This document shows positions 28,454 to 37,776 of a stretch of 64,000 bases of DNA, piece by piece (the first letter of the stretch is position 1; each line of letters begins with the position of its first letter). The notes under the pieces are model-generated. The model was not told where the DNA came from. It saw only the letters and a list, made by a program, of their open reading frames with translations, and searched no databases. The translations under genes were made by a program, and so were the position numbers. Source of the stretch: Gemmatimonadales bacterium. Its GTDB lineage: Bacteria > Gemmatimonadota > Gemmatimonadetes > Gemmatimonadales > GWC2-71-9. The DNA lies in NCBI GenBank assembly GCA_041577295.1, contig JBFGJG010000017.1:14162-78161 (forward strand), written 5' to 3'.

Positions 28454-29980
28454 ATGAAGCTGCTCAGTCGATATCTTCTTAAACAGCATGCCATGCCGTT
28501 TGTGTTCGCGTTGTCGGCACTGACAGCCATCATGCTGCTAAACCAGATCGCCAAGCGGCTCGAGGATCTGCTGGGCAAAGGTCTGCCGTGGACCGTGATC
28601 GTCGAGTTCTTCGCGCTCACCATCCCGTTCATCATCGCGATGACGATCTCCATGGCGGTGCTCGTTGCCGTGCTCTACACGATGAGTCGTCTGACCGGCG
28701 ACCGCGAGATCACGGCACTCCGAGCCGGTGGCATCTCGCTGGGGCAGATCCTCCGGCCGCTTGTGGCCGGAGCCGTGTTGGTGACCATTGTGGCATTCCT
28801 CTTTGGCGATCAGATCCTTCCTCGGACGAATCACCGGCTTCGCACTCTGATGACGGATATCTATCGAACGAAGCCGACCTTCTCTCTCAAAGAACACGTG
28901 ATCAACGAGGTGCAGAAGGGGCGTCTCGCGTTGCGCGCCGCCCGAATCGATCAGGCGACCTACGGTATGCGGGACGTCACGCTCTACGACCTGAGCAGAC
29001 AAGATCAACGGCGAATCATCTATGCCGATAGCGGGAGAATCGCGTTCGCACCCAATCAAGAGGATTTGCACCTGACCCTGTACGACGGGACGATTCATGA
29101 GTTTGACCGCACGGATCTCAGGATGTTCCAGCAGATCAACTTCCAACAGGATCAAGTGCTGGTCCGTGGCGTTGGTTCGGAATTCATTCGCCGGGAGGAC
29201 GACGACTACCGCGGCGACCGCGAGATGGGCATCTGCGAATTGGAGGACGTGGTACGGGACGCCCGGCGCGACGAGTGGCTCGCCGCCGCTAGGGCAGAGG
29301 CTGTGCGGCTCAACGGATTACGTGCCCTCGTCAGTCTCCCTCCCGTCGCGCCCGACACGGCGGCACCACCGCTCACGCAGCCGTTCTACTGCCGCACCAT
29401 CGCGGCGCTCGGCTGGGCGAAGACACGCCTCGCTAACCTCGTGCGCGAGGACGGGCAGGCGCATGCTCGTGAGGTAGATCAAACTATTTCCGAAGATGAG
29501 GAAGACGATCTGCTCGAAGAGCAGGATGCGGGGGCCGTGGCCGAGTTCCAGCCCACGACAAACGTGGCTGCAACACTCCGTCCTTACCTGCGGCATATGA
29601 ACTCGGAAACGCGGACCCGTGATTTGCGTGCGCAACGGGATCGGGTGCGTTCGGCTCGCATCCGCGGCGCCGTTTACAAGGTGGAGGTGCACAAGAAATA
29701 CGCGATCCCGGCGGCGTGCTTGGTGTTCGTGCTCGTTGGCGTACCTATTGCGCTCCGATTCCCCAACGGCGGAGTGGGTCTGGTGACCGGTGCCAGCATG
29801 GCGATCTTCGGGCTGTACTACATCGGCCTGATCGCCGGCGAATCACTCGCGAACCGGTTGATCGTCCCCTCGTTTTGGGCCATGTGGGCGCCCAATGTCG
29901 TTTTTGGCGTTGTCGGCGCGATAGCACTGTGGCAAGTGCGGGGGCAGGGCACGGCACGACGACGCCGGGACGGCAAATGA
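28454..29980 (+). CDS. lptF: LPS export permease LptF/LptG family
   Basis: LSRYLL, L..D.EI.ALRAGGIS, HKKYAIP.AC, WAPN. Confidence 0.88.
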   Translation: MKLLSRYLLKQHAMPFVFALSALTAIMLLNQIAKRLEDLLGKGLPWTVIVEFFALTIPFIIAMTISMAVLVAVLYTMSRLTGDREITALRAGGISLGQILRPLVAGAVLVTIVAFLFGDQILPRTNHRLRTLMTDIYRTKPTFSLKEHVINEVQKGRLALRAARIDQATYGMRDVTLYDLSRQDQRRIIYADSGRIAFAPNQEDLHLTLYDGTIHEFDRTDLRMFQQINFQQDQVLVRGVGSEFIRREDDDYRGDREMGICELEDVVRDARRDEWLAAARAEAVRLNGLRALVSLPPVAPDTAAPPLTQPFYCRTIAALGWAKTRLANLVREDGQAHAREVDQTISEDEEDDLLEEQDAGAVAEFQPTTNVAATLRPYLRHMNSETRTRDLRAQRDRVRSARIRGAVYKVEVHKKYAIPAACLVFVLVGVPIALRFPNGGVGLVTGASMAIFGLYYIGLIAGESLANRLIVPSFWAMWAPNVVFGVVGAIALWQVRGQGTARRRRDGK

Positions 29981-31059
29981 TTTTCCGTATCCTCGACCGA
30001 TATCTCCTCAGGGAATGGGTCAAGATCTTTGTCGTGACCGCCATCGGATTCCCGGTGATGGTGATCGTGATCGAGATCGTAGACAACCTCAGCGACTACC
30101 TGGCTCGTGGGCTCTCGCCGGGAACAATCGCGCAGGCCTACATCTTTAGTCTCCCCGACAAGATCTTTCTCATACTTCCCGCGGCAGTCTTGTTTGCAAC
30201 GGTGTTCGCACTCGGCGCGATGAGCCGCCACTCAGAATTGGCGGCGGCGAAGGCTTCGGGGCGCTCGCTCTACCGCATGTTCCTCCCGATCTTATTTGCG
30301 TCGACGGTCGCGGCAGGATCGGGATTCGTCATCGGAGAGGTCGCACCACCCGCGACCAGGAAACACCTCGAGCTATTGGGCGAGCTGGAAACGCGTTCGA
30401 CGGGCAGCAAGTACAACTTCGTCTACCGTGCCGAGCAGGGTTGGACGTACGCAATCCGTGTACTGGAGGCGAGCCGCAACCGCATGCGTGATATCATTCT
30501 CGAGCGTGAGGGAACCGGCCCGGAGTATCCAACGCTCGCAATTCAGGCCGCCAACGCGGTGTATGACACCGCTACGACTGGTTGGACATTGAGTCGTGGA
30601 CGGTTTCGCATCATTCCCGGAAGCCAAGGTGAGTTGTCGATGGCGTTCGACTCGATGCGAATGCGCAGCCTCGTCGAATCACCGGATGGACTGCTCATCG
30701 AGCCCAAGAAGCCACAGGAGATGCGTTACGCCGAGTTGGGAGCGTACATCGATGCACTCGTCCGGTCGGGTGGCGATGGGAGGCAGCTGTCGGTCGAGCG
30801 CGCCTTGAAGATCGCAGTGCCGTTCACGTGCATCATTATCGCCATCTTTGCCGCCCCCTTGGTTGTGAGCGCACCGCGCGCTACGGGTGCGTTTGGCATT
30901 GCCGTGAGCCTTGGGACGACGGTGGTGTTCCTGCTGCTCGTGCAGCTCTCGCGCGCGATTGGGTCGGGGGGCGGTATCTCGCCCGAGCTGGCAGCATGGC
31001 TGCCAAACGCGTTGTTCGGCGTCGTCGGTGTTGTCTTGATGATCAGAGCGCCGACCTAG
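29977..31059 (+). CDS. lptG: LPS export permease LptF/LptG family
   Basis: ILDRYL, HSEL.A.KASG.S, AAWLPN; ATGA overlap with lptF. Confidence 0.88.
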   Translation: MIFRILDRYLLREWVKIFVVTAIGFPVMVIVIEIVDNLSDYLARGLSPGTIAQAYIFSLPDKIFLILPAAVLFATVFALGAMSRHSELAAAKASGRSLYRMFLPILFASTVAAGSGFVIGEVAPPATRKHLELLGELETRSTGSKYNFVYRAEQGWTYAIRVLEASRNRMRDIILEREGTGPEYPTLAIQAANAVYDTATTGWTLSRGRFRIIPGSQGELSMAFDSMRMRSLVESPDGLLIEPKKPQEMRYAELGAYIDALVRSGGDGRQLSVERALKIAVPFTCIIIAIFAAPLVVSAPRATGAFGIAVSLGTTVVFLLLVQLSRAIGSGGGISPELAAWLPNALFGVVGVVLMIRAPT

Positions 31060-31160
31060 CGACAGTCAGCAGCGAGCAGGGAGTGAGCAATCCAAGCCAG
31101 TCCCTTTCGCTACGTTCGCTTCACCTGCACGGCTCACTAGTTACTGCTCCCCGTCCCCAT

Positions 31161-31184
31161 GTTGCATGCGTGCAACTGTTGACA
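31161..31184 (+). promoter_or_regulatory. Palindromic operator-like site next to a -35 box
   Basis: GTTGCA-TGCG-TGCAAC followed 2 nt later by TTGACA, about 90 nt upstream of the phosphatase gene. Confidence 0.45.
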
Positions 31185-31269
31185 CGGGTCTGCCGTTTCT
31201 CTTCATTGGCTGCCAGCCGGCGCCCTAGCCCTCGGAGCCGTTCAAAAACTCTCAACCGGAGGGACGACC

Positions 31270-33228
31270 ATGCGACTTACCGCAATCGTCCTCCTGCTCC
31301 TGCTGGCAACGGGATGCTCCGAGGACGTCGTTCAGAACCCGCCGCTCAACGCCAATGTCGCGCAGTCACACGTCGATGCGCACCTCTGGCTCACGCTCCT
31401 GCACAACAACGACGGTGAATCCGACCTCATCGATCTTGGCAGCGGCTTGGAGGACTTTGGCGGGGTGGCGCGGTTTGCCACCGTCGTCAACAAGCTTCGC
31501 TGGCTCGCCACACATCCGCATCCGAGGAAAGTGGCAGCGTATGCCGGGGTGGCGAGTGAGACCGAGGGCATGGGCGTATCGTTCACCCTGCCCGACCTGC
31601 CGTCCCTGCACACCGACCTGGATGAGGGAATGTGGGAAACCGCCGCCAGCGGTTATCACTCAGGTCACGGTATCCCCGGTGCTCGAGTCGCGATCGTAGT
31701 TTCGTCTGGAGACAATTTCCTCGCTGGTCCAGAATTCAACGCGAGCCTGCAGAAAGGAATTCCCTTCTTCGACGCTATCGCGATGGACATCATCGGGTAT
31801 GACGCGATCGACCTGGGGAATCACGAGTTCGACTTCGGTCCCGATGTGTTGGCCGACTTCATCGAGGGCTTTCGACGGCCTGTCAAATTCCTGAGCGCGA
31901 ATCTCGACTTCTCAGCCGAGCCGCGGCTCCAGGGATTCGTCGAAGATGGCCGCATTGCGAAGAGCACGATCGTCGAGCGTAAGGGACATCGCATCGGCAT
32001 CATCGGTGCGACGACGCCCAACCTGCGATTCATCTCGAGCCCGCGGAACGTCGTCGTGATGGAGGACGTTGCGGGCGCGGTGCAAGCCCAGGTGGACGCG
32101 CTCACCGCGAAGGGCGTGAACAAGATCGTGCTCATCAGTCACCTGCAGGACGTCGATGCCGATCTGGAGCTCGCCGGCATGCTCAGCGGCGTAGATGTGA
32201 TGGTGGCAGGGGGTGGAGACGAGGTGCTGGCGAATGCGGGCGATCTGTTGATTCCGGGAGACGAGGCCGAACGCCCGTATCCCGTGATCGCAATCGGGGC
32301 TGACGGCGCGGAGATCCCCGTTGTAACCACCGCCGGCAGTTACGGATACGTTGGCCGTCTCGCCGTTGGTTTCGACAAGAAGGGCAACGTGGTTGCGATC
32401 GACGAGACGAGTGGTCCAGTGCGAGTGGCGGGCGGAGACAACCCCGATGCGGTGCGGCCGGACCCGCGTATCGAGGAGAAGGTGACAGCTCCGGTCCGGA
32501 CCGCAGTCGAAGCGCTCGCCTCGAACGTGCTCGCCACGTCCGAAGTGGCCTTGGACGGTGTTCGTGGCAACGTGCGATCGAGAGAGACCAACGAGGGGAA
32601 CCTCATTGCCGACGCGCTGCGGTGGCAAGCGACCGAGCTGGCGTCGACCTTTGGCGTCCCGGCACCGGATGTGGCACTCCAGAACGGCGGCGGCATCCGC
32701 AATGACAACGTGATTCCTGCCGGCTCCATCACCGAGCTCAACACGTTCGAGATGGTTCCGTTTTCGAACTTCGTGTCCGTGATCCCTGACATCTCACGCG
32801 CGCAGTTCAAGGAGATTCTCGAGAATGCCGTGTCACGGACGCAGCCCGGTGACGTGCCGGGCGGAAGCGGGCGCTTCGCGCAGATCTCCGGGTTCACGTT
32901 CGAGTGGGATCCCACGGGCACAGCGCAGTCGCTGAACGACGACGGCACTGTCGCCACCGCCGGAACCCGTGTCCAGAACGTGGTGTTCGACGACGGGACT
33001 GCCATCGTGACCGACGGGTCCGTCGTGGATGGTCCGGCGGTCGTGATCGCTACGATCGACTTTTTGGCCCGTGGCGGTGACGAATACCCGTTCCGGGGTG
33101 CGGCCTTCACCACGGTCGGGGTGACCTATCAGCAGGCGCTGGCCAACTACCTCGTCGACGCGCTCGGTGGGGTCATCAGCGCGGCCGATTATCCCGAGGG
33201 TGGAGAGGGACGGATCGTCTCCCAGTAA
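31270..33228 (+). CDS. Bifunctional metallophosphatase/5'-nucleotidase lipoprotein
   Basis: Lipobox ATGC; LLHNNDGES, SSGDNF, LGNHEFDFG, ISHLQ, R..ETN.GNLIADA, NGGGIR, FL.RGGD.Y. Confidence 0.9.
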   Translation: MRLTAIVLLLLLATGCSEDVVQNPPLNANVAQSHVDAHLWLTLLHNNDGESDLIDLGSGLEDFGGVARFATVVNKLRWLATHPHPRKVAAYAGVASETEGMGVSFTLPDLPSLHTDLDEGMWETAASGYHSGHGIPGARVAIVVSSGDNFLAGPEFNASLQKGIPFFDAIAMDIIGYDAIDLGNHEFDFGPDVLADFIEGFRRPVKFLSANLDFSAEPRLQGFVEDGRIAKSTIVERKGHRIGIIGATTPNLRFISSPRNVVVMEDVAGAVQAQVDALTAKGVNKIVLISHLQDVDADLELAGMLSGVDVMVAGGGDEVLANAGDLLIPGDEAERPYPVIAIGADGAEIPVVTTAGSYGYVGRLAVGFDKKGNVVAIDETSGPVRVAGGDNPDAVRPDPRIEEKVTAPVRTAVEALASNVLATSEVALDGVRGNVRSRETNEGNLIADALRWQATELASTFGVPAPDVALQNGGGIRNDNVIPAGSITELNTFEMVPFSNFVSVIPDISRAQFKEILENAVSRTQPGDVPGGSGRFAQISGFTFEWDPTGTAQSLNDDGTVATAGTRVQNVVFDDGTAIVTDGSVVDGPAVVIATIDFLARGGDEYPFRGAAFTTVGVTYQQALANYLVDALGGVISAADYPEGGEGRIVSQ

Positions 33229-33253
33229 CCATACGCGGCCGCTCCAGGATGCG

Positions 33254-33289
33254 AACCGGGGGCTCGATTGAGCCCCCGGTTTCCTTTTT
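33254..33289 (+). terminator. Rho-independent terminator between convergent genes
   Basis: AACCGGGGGCTC-GATT-GAGCCCCCGGTT then TCCTTTTT. Confidence 0.85.
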
Positions 33290-33328
33290 GCCTGTTGGGC
33301 ACGACGCCACCGTGTGCGCCGCTGAGGA

Positions 33329-36300
33329 CTAGAAGAAGTATCGGAACGCCAGCTGCATCTGGAACTGCAGCACCAAGTTGGCTCCGAGAAGGTCTTCTTG
33401 CCCGAAACTGCTGTTCACCCGGTACAGAATCTGCCCGGTCCCCGGATCGAAACTTCGAGGGTCGAGCAATTCCCGGTTCGAGCCAAACACGCCGGTCACA
33501 CGTCCAAGCCCACAGACGCCGCTGGTCGGGTCGAAGTCTTCGGCGCTCTCGTTGCAGAAGAGCCGTCCAATGCCGTTCAAAACATTGAAGAAGTCGAGTT
33601 GAACTTCCGCGCGCTGGCGTCCCACCGTCCTGAACCCCTTGGTAAACCGAATATCCAATTGGTGGGTCCACGGAAACGTGCAGGTGTTTCGCTCGATGAT
33701 TCCACCAACGAAATCGCCGACACAGGAGTTCTCGTTCAGAAGCGAGGCGTAGAGCGCTCGCTCTTCGTCCGCTGCCGCCCCAGTGGATGCCAACGGCAAG
33801 TTTTCGGGACGGAAGACGAACACCCGGTCGTTGCCCGTAATCCCATCGCCGTTCAGATCGTCGTCCCCAACCACGGTCCATGGGCGACCGCTCTGGCTCT
33901 TCCAAAAGGCCGAGAGCTTGATGTCAAACGGTAGTCGCATGAATCCCGAAACGACGATGGTGTGATCGCGAGAGAAATCGCTCTTACCCCAAGCACGGCC
34001 CCTCGCGCCAAATCCACCGATTTCGTTGGGACCAAACCGACCTGTCGTCGGATCTGCATAGCCGCCCGATGCCGTGCAGCACGAGTACGGAGAGTTGTCG
34101 TACGCCCTCGTGAAGGTGTACGAGCCCCTGACGGAGATGTTGTCGCTGAAGTTGTGTACTCCCTCGATGGTCGTAATGAAGGAACGTGCTCGGCCGTCCT
34201 TGAAGTTCACGAGGACGTCGCCGAACTCCAGGTTGCGGCGGCTGCCGGTGCTGTTGGCCCCAGTTGGATCGAAAGCCGCTGCGGGTGTGAACACTCGACG
34301 TCCCCCCTCTCCCGCGAGCGTGAGCTGCACGTCTCGCAGGTTGAGGTTTCGGACCGTGTAGAGGTTGGTGGTCTGCGAGAAGAGCAAGTCGATCGAGACC
34401 TGTGAGGCGTTCCCGATCAACGTCTCGAAGCCAACGTTTGCCTTGAAACTCTCGGGGAACTCGAAGTTGTCCGCCCAGAGCGTGTAGGTCGGAACGCCGC
34501 CGGCACCAACGTCGGCACACGACGTGGGATTGTCGAACCCGTTGATCCGCCACCCACCATATCCTGCGGGCGATGGCGGCGCGTCGGGATCGCCGTCCAC
34601 AATTGAGCCATCGCAGATGACCTCGAGCACTGGGCGCTCTGTTTGCAGCACATTTCCGCCCACTACGTACGGCACGCGGCTGTAGAAGTAGCCTGCACCC
34701 GCTCGGACCACTGACCTCCCATCGCCGTTCAAGTCATACGCCAACGCGAGCCGACCGGATACGTTGTCCCCATCGGTCGGGGCGAAGCCAGTCTCGAAAC
34801 CAAATGCCCGCTCGACATCCACCACTGGGGTGGGACTGTTCCGGAACGACTGCTGGTCGTAGCGCAGGCCAATGGTGGCCGTCAACTTGGGCGTTACTTG
34901 CCACGTGTCTTGCAGGTACGCCGACCACTCGACCACGTCAAAGTCCGAAGTGGGTATCCCACCGCCTTCCTGAATGGGCCGGAAGTAGGACGATGGACGT
35001 AAGGCCTCGAAATCGTTCAGGTTGGCAAAAACGAACTCACCAGCGCCCTGGAACCGGGAGCCAAAGTTCATGAAGCGATTGAAGATGTTCGTGAACAGCA
35101 GGTTTCCGCCGACCTTAATGGTGTGATCGCCGAAAATTCGGGTGAAGTTGTCGATGATCTGGATTTTTCGCTCGTCGAGCCGGTTGTTGAACGATGCGAA
35201 GCTACCGCCGTATCGGATTTGCTGGCCGCTCGAAAGATTCACCGTAATCGTCGGGCGGAGGTCCTTCCCCTGACGGGGCCGCGTCTCGTCGGAGAACTGG
35301 AAGCGGAACACGTTGAACGTCTTCGGGTTGAGCACCGACTGCAGCTCCGCCACAAACGAGTGTGACCGATCCTCGAGTAACTCGGCCCGTGACAGCCCGT
35401 ACGCGAAATCGAAAACGCCGTTCCACTCGTTGTCGTTGTCAAAATTTGAGAAATTGTGGCGGAACGATAGCCGGTGCTTGTCGCTCAGGGTCCAGTCGAT
35501 ACGACCAAAGAGCGTGATGGCGTCGTTCGACGTCTGGAAGGTTCGGTAACCACTCTCGACGTCCTGGACACCGTACTGGCTCTCCATAATGGAGTAGAAG
35601 CGTCCAATATCGTCGAAGACCGCGGGATCCTCCTGCGACCCGCCAGGAGCAAACCGAGAACGCGTGAGAGGTAGCTGGGGCTCACGCCGCCTCTGGCCAT
35701 CCACCGAGACGAGAAAGAACGCCTTGTCCCGCACGATGGGGCCACTGAACCGTCCGGAGAACTGCAGCACTTCGTAATCGGTGGTGATCTCCGGGTTGGT
35801 CGCGGCGTCGATAAACGGGTTGGCCGTCAGCGCGTCGTTGCGGAAGTTCCCGTAAACGGTGCCCTCGAACTCGTTGGTCCCTCCCCGAGTAACGACGTTG
35901 ACGATGCCACCCGAGAAGTTGCCGTATTCCACGTCGAAGCCGTTGGTGATGATCTGGAACTCTTGCAACGACTCAAGCGAGAAGACGAAGGGGATGCGCG
36001 AACCGCCTCGGTTTTCCCCGAAGAACGAGTTGTTGGCATCGACCCCGTCGATCTGAACACTGGTCTGGGAAGCCCGCTGGCCACCAATGGCGAACTGGCC
36101 GCCTGTGGTTTCCCCTGGATCGGGGGCGACCAATCCCGACAGGTTGATAAAGTCGACGAAGTCCCGCCCGAGAGACGGGAGCTCCTCGATTTCTTGCCGA
36201 CCCACATACTGCGTCACGCCGCCATCGGCGATGTCGATCGGTGGCCGCTCACCGGTAACCTGGATGGCCTCGAGCTGAACAGCCACCTGCCGTAGGGACA

Positions 36301-36634
36301 TGTTCACCGGCGTTGCTGTGCCGATCACGACGCTCACTCCCGTCGTGGTTGCACTCTCGAAGCCCAGCATCCGAGTCATGACCGTGTAGGTCCCCGGAGG
36401 AAGGAGCCGAATGACAAAAAGGCCATCACCCGTTGTTTCGGCCGACCGTTCGAGACCGGTGCCGACGTTACGAGCGGTCACCAAGACACCGGCAACCGCT
36501 TGCCCCGCTTCGCTCTGGATCCGACCGCGGATTTGGCCTGTCGTCGACACTTGTGCCACGAGGGATGGTGTCACGAAGGTCGCAAGGAGCAGAGTGACCC
36601 CAAAAGCGACCAGGCAATGACAAAGCTTGCTCAT
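33329..36634 (-). CDS. TonB-dependent receptor (Oar-like, N-terminal carboxypeptidase-regulatory-like domain)
   Basis: Signal peptide, LPPGTY.V, plug IDG.D.N and EYG.FSGG.VN.VT, YLQDTW...GLRYD, C-terminal RYFF; ATG 36634. Confidence 0.92.
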   Translation of the reverse strand: MSKLCHCLVAFGVTLLLATFVTPSLVAQVSTTGQIRGRIQSEAGQAVAGVLVTARNVGTGLERSAETTGDGLFVIRLLPPGTYTVMTRMLGFESATTTGVSVVIGTATPVNMSLRQVAVQLEAIQVTGERPPIDIADGGVTQYVGRQEIEELPSLGRDFVDFINLSGLVAPDPGETTGGQFAIGGQRASQTSVQIDGVDANNSFFGENRGGSRIPFVFSLESLQEFQIITNGFDVEYGNFSGGIVNVVTRGGTNEFEGTVYGNFRNDALTANPFIDAATNPEITTDYEVLQFSGRFSGPIVRDKAFFLVSVDGQRRREPQLPLTRSRFAPGGSQEDPAVFDDIGRFYSIMESQYGVQDVESGYRTFQTSNDAITLFGRIDWTLSDKHRLSFRHNFSNFDNDNEWNGVFDFAYGLSRAELLEDRSHSFVAELQSVLNPKTFNVFRFQFSDETRPRQGKDLRPTITVNLSSGQQIRYGGSFASFNNRLDERKIQIIDNFTRIFGDHTIKVGGNLLFTNIFNRFMNFGSRFQGAGEFVFANLNDFEALRPSSYFRPIQEGGGIPTSDFDVVEWSAYLQDTWQVTPKLTATIGLRYDQQSFRNSPTPVVDVERAFGFETGFAPTDGDNVSGRLALAYDLNGDGRSVVRAGAGYFYSRVPYVVGGNVLQTERPVLEVICDGSIVDGDPDAPPSPAGYGGWRINGFDNPTSCADVGAGGVPTYTLWADNFEFPESFKANVGFETLIGNASQVSIDLLFSQTTNLYTVRNLNLRDVQLTLAGEGGRRVFTPAAAFDPTGANSTGSRRNLEFGDVLVNFKDGRARSFITTIEGVHNFSDNISVRGSYTFTRAYDNSPYSCCTASGGYADPTTGRFGPNEIGGFGARGRAWGKSDFSRDHTIVVSGFMRLPFDIKLSAFWKSQSGRPWTVVGDDDLNGDGITGNDRVFVFRPENLPLASTGAAADEERALYASLLNENSCVGDFVGGIIERNTCTFPWTHQLDIRFTKGFRTVGRQRAEVQLDFFNVLNGIGRLFCNESAEDFDPTSGVCGLGRVTGVFGSNRELLDPRSFDPGTGQILYRVNSSFGQEDLLGANLVLQFQMQLAFRYFF

Positions 36635-36705
36635 AATCGACCTGCTTCGGTTTCCCGTTTCAGTCCGCGACTCGAGATTCGCGAGGTTTCGTAGCTTGGA
36701 GCGCG

Positions 36706-37776
36706 TCAGTTGCACGGCACCTCCTCCACGTCCGCCAAGGAGCGAGGGAAAATCTGGCCCGCACCGTTGAAGTTGGCACCGAAGCCATTCATGTTGTAGC
36801 AGTTGCCCACTGTGAAGAGGGTGTTGAGCTGGTTGCGGTCGGCGACGCCATCGTCTACTCGAACGATCGCCCCCCCACTGCCGTCATCGATCGGCGCATT
36901 CTGTGAGTTCCCGAGGGATCCAAACGCACCTGTGAGCTGAGCCCGCTCAACCCGAACGAAGGCACCTTGAACGGGATCGGTGAAGCTCGCTCCGGAAGCC
37001 GCGAGTGCTCCTGTGGTGACGACGAGGGGTTGGGGATCGTCGAAGTCGGGGACCAACTCGCGAAGGATGGCGCTCGTGAGCTCGAAATCGTTGCTGAAGG
37101 CACCGGAAGTGGCGCCGACCTCGATCTGGTCACCCACCGCTATGCCGAGCCCGTCCAGGCTCGAAGAGATGATCCTTGTACCGGCGGTGGCATCCTGTAT
37201 GTAGCTCCAGTCATTTTCGATCTGGTTGGGCGATGACGTGACGACGCCTCGTACGACCACGAACGCGCCGAGGGCGAGATCCTTGGCCTCGGCGATTGTG
37301 ATGAGGCATCCGGGGCGCCCTTGCACATTGGTGAATCGCGTTTCGTTCATAAAGACCGAGACGCGCAACGGGTTTTGGCAGATGTTGACGTCTGCAGGAA
37401 CGGTGAGCGTGTCAACGAACATGTCATGGGTACCGAGTGGCACGCTTTGCACGAGGAACCGACCGTTGGCGTCCGACTGCGTCGCTCCATTTGGGAATGT
37501 CTCTGCCGTTCCGCGATTCCGTATGGCGATGCCGACACCGCTAATCACGAAGTCACCATCGGAAGGATCGAAGACCCCGTCCTCGCTCTCGTCGAAGAAC
37601 ACCAAACCTTCGATGGAGCCGGTTCCCGTGATAGCGAGTGGCGGCGCCGGGTTACCGCAGGCAACAAGTGCGGCGGCGGCAACAAGCGCGATCCGGGCGA
37701 TGCCGGGACGCCGCGGTAAATGGTCGTTTCGCACCACAGCTCGTTCCTCTCCGTGACTGTTGGTCATGGCGCTCAT
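36706..37776 (-). CDS. Lipoprotein with SdrD-B-like domain and one OB-fold pair
   Basis: Lipobox LVAC; G.VFFD...DG.FD; TIAEAK...VRGVVT...YIQDATAG...GD.I.V; IDDGSG; QIFPR...D. Confidence 0.75.
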   Translation of the reverse strand: MSAMTNSHGEERAVVRNDHLPRRPGIARIALVAAAALVACGNPAPPLAITGTGSIEGLVFFDESEDGVFDPSDGDFVISGVGIAIRNRGTAETFPNGATQSDANGRFLVQSVPLGTHDMFVDTLTVPADVNICQNPLRVSVFMNETRFTNVQGRPGCLITIAEAKDLALGAFVVVRGVVTSSPNQIENDWSYIQDATAGTRIISSSLDGLGIAVGDQIEVGATSGAFSNDFELTSAILRELVPDFDDPQPLVVTTGALAASGASFTDPVQGAFVRVERAQLTGAFGSLGNSQNAPIDDGSGGAIVRVDDGVADRNQLNTLFTVGNCYNMNGFGANFNGAGQIFPRSLADVEEVPCN

